DNA of 64,000 nucleotides from Lingula anatina (Eukaryota; Animalia; Brachiopoda): NCBI GenBank assembly GCA_051362555.1, contig CM120642.1, positions 33,666,001 to 33,730,000 of the forward strand, read 5' to 3'. Shown piece by piece: positions 12,443 to 23,244 of this stretch (position 1 is its first letter; each line of letters starts with the position of its first letter). The notes under the pieces were generated by a model. It saw only the letters and a program-made list of their open reading frames with translations, ran no database searches and was not told where the DNA came from. The position numbers and the translations under genes were made by a program.

Positions 12443-14839
12443 ATGAAGACGCTGTTTTTTGCTGTTGTGATTTTTGCCGCTTTCTCTGTAAGCTCTACAG
12501 GTGAGAATGATCCTATCTTCAAACCCTGTTAAATTCTAAGATTTGGTGACACGAGTCCAACAGTTGTGAGAAACAACAGCTGGCACAGAGAAAAGTTAAA
12601 AACGCACACATCACGCTAGGCATAAATGTAGCAAATACTTAATGATTTTTTTTTAATTTCTGAATTTTTTCCCCTTAATTACCAATGTACATCGTACCAA
12701 GAACTACTCATGTGTCCCCGCAATCTGGATGCATTGTGCTGTTGTTCATTTTTAACCTATGGTATTTATGAGCACTGTCCAAGACTCAAATATTCTGTTT
12801 TTTACTGTTTTATTTTATTTTATTTTATTTTATTTTATTTTATTTTATTTTTTATATATTAATTTTTTGCAGCGGTTGGAATTGGTTATGCTGGTCAAAG
12901 CTTTTTCCAAAGCACTCGCGAAGAGGACACCGTCGCCAGGCGAATGTCAGATGAACTCAGCCACCTCATGGCGCCCCCGATATTTCACAAAAAATACTGG
13001 GATGTCATCTTCATTTTAGACAGCAGCGGCAGCATTGGGGCATCTGACTTTGGTTCGGCCAAATCTGCTTTACAGGTGTTTATATATTTATCATGTACAT
13101 TTTCATTTAAATGACATTAAAACAACATTTACCAATAACACTTGCTTTGATTTTAAAGTGTCATGAGACATTTGATGGTTAGTCGCTATTTTCAAAAACT
13201 TGCGAAACTATTGTATTATCGCTATATCAATTTAAAAAAAGAAATGCATTTATCGATTACTATATTTTTCTTTTTTTTTAATTGCAATTTCATTTTACTG
13301 CAAAGCAGACAATTAAATTTACTGCATTAGTCAAAAATGTTTAAAGGTTAATATCTATTTTTATGTAAATTATAGTTAAAATTATAACAAGCATTTCATA
13401 CTTTCATATTTTACGTCAGAGCATGGCAGGGGTTATCAACATCTTCTCGTCTATCGGCCCCGGCAAGACGAGAGTAGCTGGCATACGATACGCCTCGTGG
13501 GTTGATGTTCAGTTCAACTTTGATGTCCATGATTCAGTAGGAGAGGTGAATAGTGCGCTGGGTGCTATTCCTTATGTAGGTAAGCAACGTATATGTGCTC
13601 CACCTTTGACTTACTAAAGATACATTTAAAGTAAAATTTATGCGATAAAAGCCAATCAAATATCAATTATGTGTTTTTCAGACCGTATTTTCTAAAATGA
13701 CGGAACATGCTTCACTGACTTGAGCAAATGGCAACTAAAAGAAAGAGTAAAATACTACACAACAAAATTAGCCTCATGCACGGCCTCTCGAATCTTTACC
13801 TTATAGTGTGTGCTTGTGTGAAAATTGCTTTCTTATTTGATAAACGGCACATCCTTCCACCTCAGCTCCCTCCCACGGTGAAGAGAAAATGTTTTTCGTT
13901 TCTCACACAGTTCAAGATGCACATGTTTTTTAAACACTTTTATCTACTTCTATAATAATGATTTTTCATATCCTCGAATAGAAAAACCGAAGGCCTTTAT
14001 CAAGTCCATACAGGTAATCGACTACAAGTTTGGTAGGACAGTTTTCTGACTCGTTTATCACAATTACAGAGAGAGAGTATCGAGAGGCGAAACTGTTAGA
14101 ATGACTATTTTACCCTGTTTTACCCATTTTCCTTTCAGGTGGATTCACTAAAACCCGTCTGGCACTAGAAAAAGCCTTAGATATGTACCTGAATGACGGC
14201 GATCCCGACAATGCCAAGTTGATCTGGCTGACAACTGACGGAAAGTCCAGCTTTGGTTACGATCCCATTGCTATAGCAACAAACCTGAAGAACATTGGTA
14301 ATTGGCTTCATCATGAGTCCAGATTATTAGTTTAAAATGAAGTCTGTGTAATTTTTGCATTTGTGAAACTTACCAAGATATTGAGTGTAGAGTATGTTTG
14401 CAGCAGTGAAAAGCGTGTGGATAAATCCATGGAACGACGAACCAAAAACTAAACTGTATTTAATGCAATAACAAATACGTCAACAACAGAGCTTGGAAAG
14501 AGAAATAGTTCACAAAAGTAGCATGTTATTGATATGTTTGGAGCATTATTAACCACTTTTCAAGCAAATGTTTGCATTTCAGGAGTGCAAATATTCGTGG
14601 TTCCGGTTGGTACCAGTGTGGACATGACGGAGATCAACGGCATGGGCTCGTCCTTTTCCCGCGTCTTCTCCGTACCCTCCTATTCATCTTACAGACAAGT
14701 AGCCTCCATGGCACTGTCTTATGCCTCACAGTCGAAGGATCTACGCATGCCCGGTGGCGAAATTAGAGGGGGGGCCGGACCAGCCGAACACCCCCTTTCA
14801 GTCTCTAGAAATAACTCACCCCAACAAACTCTATCTTAA
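12443..14839 (+). CDS. Secreted single vWA domain protein, paralog 3 (278 aa, C-terminal extension)
   Basis: Exons 12443-12500, 12873-13075, 13420-13579, 14139-14297, 14583-14839; 837-nt open frame. WDVIFILDSSGS, GGFTKT, WLTTDG. Confidence 0.92.
12807..12850 (+). repeat. (TTTTA)n microsatellite
   Basis: Seen directly, immediately upstream of the exon 2 acceptor of paralog 3. Confidence 0.9.
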
Positions 14840-16250
14840 AATTCTACCACAAATAACTAACATTGGAGTACACTCTGCCATTAAATATAGGAAAGCAATG
14901 GCTTTTCCAATGACAGCCCTTTTCGATAATCTCATTACCACCTCCGGCTCCATGATCACAAGGGACGCATGTTGTATTGCAGGTATTGAGCATAAGGAAA
15001 GTGGATAATTCTTCAGCCTGTTTACCAACATCCTTCTCTAAATCACTTTTAAATTCGCAGTTTCTGTAACTTCATACGTACATAACACATAAATGGGGAT
15101 GTTGATCAGAAATAAATGTTTGCTACACTTCATAAAGTTTTTAAAGTAGCCATTTCTTTAGGTTAATGATTGGGTTAACTGGTGTATGGGACTGTTTACC
15201 TTTCTATTTAGAGGTGTTAAAACACATAGAATGAAATAATTCTGAATTTTTTTATTTTCTAAGTATTTGGTAGCTGATACAATTACAATGTTGCTAAACC
15301 TAAGTGAATTAAGAAATCAATTATAAAATGCTCGAATGTTTGGTAAGTGACAACAGCGCAATTTTGTCAATCAATTACAATGACGTTAAGGAAGTAGAAT
15401 GAGTTCACACTCTCTACTTCGATTATAACACATGCGGCAGACATTAAAACATACGGTAGCCGCTCAAAATCCTCTATTGTTAACTCACTGGTCACGTATT
15501 GGATCTGAAAATATATCATAGGAAATGACCAGGTAAAGCCAATTCCGTGATGTAAACTTCCTTGATCAATATTTCACTAATATTGCCCTAAGATTATGTA
15601 CTTTACAAGTACTTGTTAACACGTCTTGTCTCCAACGTAAAACGGCTTGCACGAGCTTGGGTATTGTCCCAATGGCTCTGAAATTCTGAGAGTTTTTCAT
15701 AAAAACTTTTATTTTTTTATTTCACTTGATTGACATTTAATTATTCAACATTTATCATTTTTTGTAAAATTACATGTTTATGTTTAATCAAGATTTAACA
15801 AAGAGAGAATAACACAAATAAAAAACAAAAAGAGGCGATTACTTTCTCTGATTACATGAATATACTGTATCTGTTAAAAAGCTGAATTCAATAAATTACA
15901 TAAAAAAAAAACATGGAGATAGGAATCCAGTTGAATAGACGCTCAGTAATTCAATGACTTGGAAACGCTTTAAATATTACAAAAATCAGGTGGTAATTAA
16001 CCAGCAGACTGGGAGTTAAGGATTGTTTCTTTCCTTCAGCATTTTGTTGTTCATGTTTGGTGTCGTTATGGTATCACCTTATAAATTTACCAATCCTACC
16101 GGCATCATTTAAATTTTTTTCCGTAGGATGAAAACGTAGCAACCGGCCTTGGTCAGTGTAACAACGTGGATATATTAAAGTAGACACCAGCTGTTCCTTC
16201 AATGATCCTCAGAATTTGAAATAAACAGAAATATTATTTTGAGTATATGG

Positions 16251-19200
16251 TCAGTATGTGCGCACGTATTTATTTGACTTCGGAATGCGCGCGCAGTTGA
16301 CCTTATGGCAGAGTCGCCGTAGGTTCCGCCTCAGTGGTTTGAGGTGTCTGTGAACGGAGATCAGGTCCAGTGCCACTATGGCGAACACCGTCCCCAGAAG
16401 CAAGGCGAGACCAAACGTCCCTATGACCGGCGCTCCTGGAGCCTCTTTGGGATTTTCTGGGTGCCGTCTTCTCGCGACCTTCAGTGTTTGTACCTCCTCG
16501 GCGTTTTCTGTTATGATGAAAAAATAGCAAATAAACGACATCACTGTGAGAAAAATAGAGACTGTTCCTTCTTCCTTTGGTGGCATATACATTAGAATCT
16601 TTACAAGTACGCGCTAAAGATTGATTTTTATGAACCACTTCAATAAAAATGAACACGGAACAAATAAGGTCCGTGTGCAAAGATGTAAAATGGATTGAGT
16701 TAATTATAAAATATATGCGTTAGAAGATCCAAATACTCTTAATGGCAACCAATGAAAGAAAAGAAAACAACTGACATGTCACCATAAATGCTCTGTCAAT
16801 ATTTGTAAAGACGCTGTTTCAAAACAGAAGATTATGTTTATCTATATTTCCATAACCGACCTACCTGTGCAAGGGGGTATAATTTTGCTCCATTTGCCGG
16901 TGGTCCTGCACGTGATGCTCCTGCTGGTGGTGCCATCTATAAACGTGGTGTTACTAGTACAAGTGAACATCACTAAGGTGCCTTGGCTGTACTGGACGTA
17001 ACTGGCGTTATGGACCGTATTGGGTACGTCCTCCACCAGGGGGCAGCGGGCGGGCGCTGAAACAATACACAGGCAACGGAATGTAAACATAAAAATAAAA
17101 TTTGGCCAGTGTAATTGCTTAGCATGTATAATGGCAATACTTTTACGCCATTTATTGCTTCTTTTTTAAAAAAAAGGCTGTTATGAATTTACAAACCAAC
17201 CAACAAATTCACGAACAAACGAGCAAAAAAAAAACATGAATACCATGCAAAGGCGTATATTATAAAAAAAGTCGTTTGGCTTAAATTTAATATGTTCTTA
17301 TACGTATCCTTTGTCTTACCTGGGGTTGAGGTAAGCGCAGTCTCCGTCAATGTCGTATTAGCTCCAGTCAACAGTGTCGTTACCGTAATTACCGTGGACT
17401 GGGCGTCTTCTAATGTCACACTTTCTAACCCGTACTGAGAAAAGCTGTCAGTAGTGCTTGCTGTTTGGGTAAAGTTACTTCCCTCTGTTCCGTTTATATA
17501 ATATTGCACAACCGTCGAATTAGGCATGTTCTCATAAGAAGACTTTGTTGACGGCCATTTTGGATTTTCGGACATGTTTTCAGACGAGCTTGCGTACTGC
17601 AGAGAGGACATGCTTGATTGAATAGCCGTATATTGTGTTGCAGACGCCATTATCGCGTCCTGCGTTTCGGACATTTCAGACGCGACAAGTGTTTCGGATA
17701 CATTTGCCCTTAACTCCCAGGGTAATTGGCTTGTTGTGGCATAGACTGACGAGTGCAATGTCTCCGACATATTCTCACTGTAGTTTCCGTCGAGCAATGT
17801 TTCTTGGGCGACAGTCGTGGATGAATGAGAAGTTGACAACGTGGACGGTAATGATTGTTTTGGTGTCCTGAGCGAGGCAGACGTCAATGACGGTGTGGAC
17901 ATCAAACTTTTGGCGGGAAGTGGAAACGACGGCATCTGAGCGGAAGATGAGACGTCATCAGAAAGACTGGGAGAAGAAATGTCAAGGGAGCCAAACGACG
18001 GGGATTCGGTGGAAAACGTTGATACAACAGACGTTAACGTAATCGCAAACGATGTTCCAAGAGAAGAGACCTCTGATTGTGATTGAGCAGACGATGACAT
18101 TTCCGTTGATATGTCAGAAACTGGCCATTGAGATGAGGAAAAGTGAGCAGCAAGAGACGACGTATGACCAGTAGATATTGTGTCAACACTTTCAGCGGCG
18201 AAAATTTGCGTGGCAGTTGATGGCGAAGAAAGGGAAGACGGTGCTTCTGTTGGTAATGCCGTAAAGGAATCAACAGTTGAGTGAGACGCTAAGGTGGACG
18301 TTGGTTCCGGGGGTGGAGAGAGAAGGCCGCATGCGTATCCTGGAAATGAGAGATACACACGTCACAGGTGTAAACAAGCAAGCTTCATAATCAACAATAC
18401 AGACGAGACAAAGGGGAAGGTTTAGGGCTAATAGCTTCTAATATGGAATTTATCAACAGATTAACCCACTGCATACTGACCCTACATAAGGCAATTAGAT
18501 ATATTTATTTGTGAAATCTTGGATTCCCCAAGGAGTCAGAAATATAATGTGTACGGGAAACACAAGCATTATGTTGATCTTTAACACGTGTTTAAAGCAC
18601 GTGGATAGTATAGATTTTACCTGTCACAGATGTTAATCAATGACAGGACAAATATACCATTAACCTACCTGGGGGCGGATGCGCTGAACACAGCTTCCAG
18701 GCTTCACGGAGCTCATGAACAGTGAGTGCCACGTCAAAGACCACAAAACACGCCATTTTCCCCCGAAAGCGCACACTCGTTCCTGTACAGCACGTGCCTT
18801 CAGCACGCCGCGCCACGTGAATGTCACGTGAGGTCTCCAGGGACCTTGGGACGATGTTTTGTGACGTAAGCAACGTTTCGTTTTTGTATAGTTTTACAAC
18901 TCCTTGCTCTTTGGAGTAAGTGGCTGCCAAAAAGCTCCACTGATTGACGGGAAGGCCCCATGGAGAACTGGAAACGATGTCCTCGTGAATTGTCGTGCCC
19001 CGTGGAATGGTGTGGAATTCGTAATGGCCGCCCCATTTCCATATCATGAACCCATTTAAGGCACCTGTTGGGTACTCATACTCAAATATCGGAAAGTCGT
19101 TGTCATTCTCCGGGTATACCACAGACATTATGGTCAGGGCGTCCGTGACATCCAGAACCCCGTTGTTTGGTATGGTACCGTAGGCGCCGCTGTTAAAGTG

Positions 19201-19954
19201 CAAGGCTAGATCATTGCCGCCGTGGGGTCCGCTGGCGGTTGTCACTGTCCCTGTGTACACCATGTGGTTGCCGTTGCCTGACAGGTCCAGAGCTTCTGCA
19301 GGGTCTCCTAGCTGCCAATGACCGACTGGGCAAGGCAACTGAACTGTAAATAAATATTTGGGGCAATGATTTTTTTTAGTCTCCTTCGTTTTTCAGAGTG
19401 CCACAAACGTTTTTTTTTTTTTTTTTTTTTAAATATTATATAGGGGCATATATATATATATAGATTAGCGATCTTAGCTTTACTTTCACCCACGCTCAAT
19501 TTCTTAATTTTTTTAGGATTGATCGTTGTTTATCGGATTGTTTTGTCTCCTTATTATTTTTAATGTGTGTGTCCACGGATAACAAGCTATGTTATAACAG
19601 CTTGATATGTTTTTTTTTTTAGAATGTAAATGTAAATATATCTTTTCGCGTTAAATATGATAAAAAATATAAAAAGGAGAACCCTACGAAATACACATAT
19701 CCAAGCATGTGCGGATTAGAGATATTTAAAAAATGTAAAATAAAGATTTTTGTGCCTCCTATTTAAATTTTAATTACAGTACTCGTGTCGAAAATTCCAT
19801 AAGCAACTACAAACTTGTCACCTTATGTATAAGTTTTACCGATGATGCAAATGATTGTCCCTTTTTTCACGAGAAACTCACCCATCTCCGACTGCATGAC
19901 AAGTAAATGGAGAACGAAAAACAGTAAATTGCCATCCCAACCATCGGCTGCCAT
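16251..19954 (-). CDS. Type I membrane glycoprotein: signal, LamG/concanavalin A-like domain, Ser/Thr-rich stalk, Sushi/CCP, TM, short basic tail (738 aa)
   Basis: Exons (minus) 19954-19882 (MAADGWDGNLLFFVLHLLVMQSEM), 19343-18669 (CPVGHWQL..DLSGNGNH..NQWSFLAATY..FRGKMAC), 18339-17320 (S/T rich), 17056-16865 (Sushi, four Cys and KWS..PPC), 16507-16251 (TM IGTFGLALLLGTVFAIVALDL). All introns GT-AG and phase 1; 2217-nt open frame. The first exon is the least certain. Confidence 0.88.
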
Positions 19955-21674
19955 CGTTAAGAATGTTGTGATTCATCAGGCCAAAGTATTAATTGGCAAA
20001 ATGCTGCTTACATTTAATTGATCTGAATAAAGTATTGTACGCCATCCAGTCCATGCTTAAGAGATTTGTCAAGTACAGCGCACGTGTAGCAGCACATTAT
20101 GAGTCTTCCGTTCGCTGCCATCTCCATTTACTTTATCGATGGGGACTTTTGTTTGTTCGCGGCATTATAAACAATACTTCAACGTGACGTTTTTTGTGAC
20201 TGACATGTTGCTACCAGTTTGCAGTACATGCAAAATCTCCAAGAATTGGTCGAACGTGGCTTTAAAGGGAAATAGCTAATGGTCAACTCAAAGGATGATC
20301 AAAAGTCAACCTACAAATGACATGTAGGTGATACACCTAAGTGCTGAAGTACCGAAGAGTAATAAGAGGGGTGGGATGGGTTAGGGGGGGGTGGGGGGTG
20401 GTCCGGCCACTGACCCTGTACATTATTAGTAGGCCTAAATCTGGAAAAAAAATCAGACAAAGGCAAATTAGCAAATGAATATATAGTTTGCCTTATTCTT
20501 ACTACGATCATGGTTTTGAATGTAAATTGACATACGCGTTTGTGGATATATTTGCAAGACCAAAGGTAGGAAGAGGGCGTAAAAAAACTTTAAGGGGCAA
20601 AAATTGGGGTATTTTCGTGTTTAGAAATAACTTCGACGCGAGTGTTTTTAGTAGAAAAGTAAAAGATTTTGCGATGTTTTTCTGTCGTAGCTACTAGCTC
20701 AAACTTTCATGATATGACATGATTGAAAACAGTGTGGATAAAGGCTAAACCCAAACTTACCCCCCTCCCCCACCACACCACACCCACCCACCCCACCGCC
20801 ACCCTGGATCCTTCGCCCATGAACTCCTCGCTCTGATGCAACTTGTTCTTGAAAGCGGTAATTTTAAAAAATCTATTAGATCTACATAATTTACCATTAC
20901 AACAGTCTATTTTAATGACTGTGTAAGTCTTTTGATCTCTTAACGCACTTGCATCATGTAGTAGGCTAACTGACATTAAAGCGTCTACTTCAAAACGCGG
21001 TTTTAACGTGATTGTGATAGTTGCGCTAGAAAAGTCACAGCTGCTCGGAGTTGTGGTAGATTCTCTCTTAGCGGACACGTTTGACACTCTAGAAGTTAAA
21101 ACTCAATTCGTTCGGTCTTTTCATATCTTTTCACATTGGACTAGTCCACTTTGGAAGACTGACTTTTACTAGTTCCATATGCTTATCAACAGTATACTAC
21201 TTGAGGAAGTGAGAGGTAAGCTAAAAGTTGAGGGCCCACGAATTACGGTAAACGATAGCTGACTGTCATTTTATATGTAATTTACAGTCACTTGCATCCC
21301 AGTGTATATCAGGCATTTGTATAAATAGCCGGATAGTACATATCAGCAACCAAAAATAAAAGTGATAACGCATAAAAACTCGCGCGTTATCCAGATATAG
21401 GTGACACTCAAGATTACACAATAACCATGACCAAAGAAGGTAAATTTTATATTATATGTGTTATCCTCTTTTCATTCTCCATCTTTAGGAGGCCAATATA
21501 TCTATAATTGCTTAAAAATTTTTTTCAGAGAAGTGATAATCCATATCTTGTCCAAATGGCCTCAATTTCCCATTATTTATACTTATAAAAGAGGTATAAT
21601 TCATGTACTCCAACAATAAAGATGAAAAAAGTTTCATATGTGCTATACTGAGTATTAATTCCTATTTCATTCAG

Positions 21675-21971
21675 GTTTTCAGTAGTAGTGTTCCAATGCT
21701 GGACAGCAGTATTGTCTATGCATGACAGATTTCCCTCTCCTCGCTATTAATAGTGTATATTGTACCAGTTAAACTGTTTGTATTCATGTCAGAGGTCATC
21801 AGCTGAGACAGATAAAAGAAGACGTAGCTTGCTGAATGGACGACAGATCAGCTGAGGCCAGCTTGATGGTGGTTGAATCTGCCGGAATATCACCTTAAGT
21901 TTGATGATTTTGAGTGAGATGTTAGCAGTACTCAGACTTTATTAGACTATCTGGGACATTGGCTGTTACAG
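21675..21971 (+). other. Putative non-coding 5' UTR exon of the large plus-strand gene
   Basis: Acceptor tttcattcag ending 21674, strong donor CAG/gtgagt at 21972, no long ORF; a short upstream exon candidate ends at 21439 (AAG/gtaaat). Confidence 0.4.
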
Positions 21972-22238
21972 GTGAGTTGTCTCCATTTGTTATAATACAG
22001 GTGTCACAGGTGAGTTGTCTCTACTTGCTATGATCCAGGTGTTATTGGTGTATATAGTGTCTGTGCACAGTTAACATTGATTTTGATTTTTACTACATTT
22101 TCATGTAGCATGTTTTAATTTGTTGATGTGAAAAAGTTGTCATAGGCATATTATAATTGTTCACAAAAAAACAGCTGATAGTCATCTGAAAAGTTGCCCC
22201 AGCCACAAGCAGTTTGCTTTTATAGCTTTTCCATAAGC

Positions 22239-22239
<1 letters not shown>

Positions 22240-22316
<77 letters not shown>
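22240..22316 (+). repeat. (GT)n microsatellite
   Basis: Seen directly, with one interruption. Confidence 0.95.
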
Positions 22317-22317
<1 letters not shown>

Positions 22318-23204
22318 GGGGGGAGGAGTGAACACGGAATGACTTATAAATGTGAAGTAATTGTTTGAACTAACTAAAAGCAATTTAATGTAAATGATTA
22401 CCACACTGATAAACAATGACAAATTACTTTAAAATTGACTTTACTACTGCACAAAGGTATTGCTGGATATTTTAAGTTGTACATGAAATGCTGTACATAC
22501 GAATGCCAAAAGATTAAGGATTGCTATAAATAATTAATAGTATATTTAAGTTATATATTTATTATTAGTATAGAGAACTTTTTCTATTTGATTGTGTTAT
22601 AGTTTTTTTTTTTTTTTTTTTTTTTTTTTTGTCATCAGATCACTACTAAAACTTGGTAAGAAATTAAAATTGTAATCTCATTGGTACTTAATTCTAAAAC
22701 TATTCATCAAAATCTCTGTAAGAGTTGCCTGCATTGACTTCTGCTAAAAAAAAGTGGTCCCACAGTGCACTTCTAGATAAAAAAAAAATTAATTTCAAAA
22801 AAAAAAAAAAATTTGATAACATCATGTAGAATACAAACCCCAAGTTTTTACAGACCCTGGATGATATGAATGGCAGATGTAGAGTAAGATGAAAATCTTC
22901 AAATTTGATAGAGTGTGCAGGTTTCTGTTTGAACAAGTCAGCCATTTCATTGTGTACTGATTATCTCGATGTTTTCTGTCTAGACGCGCGCCTGATCTTT
23001 ATTTTGGACATTATGAGTTTGTCAACAATCCGAAGGTAATCCAGCTGTCAAATAATGCCATTTTTCGTAATGGCGCACTTTAGATGACACTTTGATAAAG
23101 ATAGGCGGGGATATTTTTGTAAAAAAATTGGCAGTATATCATTGCCCAGGTGTCATTGTATGTTATTTGTAGAGATAAAACATTGTAAAATGCATGTTAA
23201 AAGG

Positions 23205-23206
<2 letters not shown>

Positions 23207-23241
<35 letters not shown>
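23207..23241 (+). repeat. (GA)n microsatellite
   Basis: Seen directly. Confidence 0.95.

Positions 23242-23244
<3 letters not shown>

Noticed and set aside
12759-13019. 86-aa ORF with an apparent transmembrane stretch
   Set aside because: The hydrophobic run comes from the (TTTTA)n microsatellite and the frame differs from the true exon 2 frame.
14860-15125. Cys-rich minus-strand peptide (TCNTTCVPCD..CHW) echoed in the duplicate at 9860-10095 (TCSARCVPCE..CHW)
   Set aside because: Stops and frameshifts in both copies and no clear splice sites; nucleotide homology of the duplicated block is enough to explain it. A codon-position substitution test would settle it.
20707-21087. 126-aa minus-strand ORF
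   Set aside because: GTG start, low-complexity G-rich end, no recognisable domain or splice context.
22093-22422. His-Thr repeat ORF
   Set aside because: Translation of the (GT)n microsatellite.
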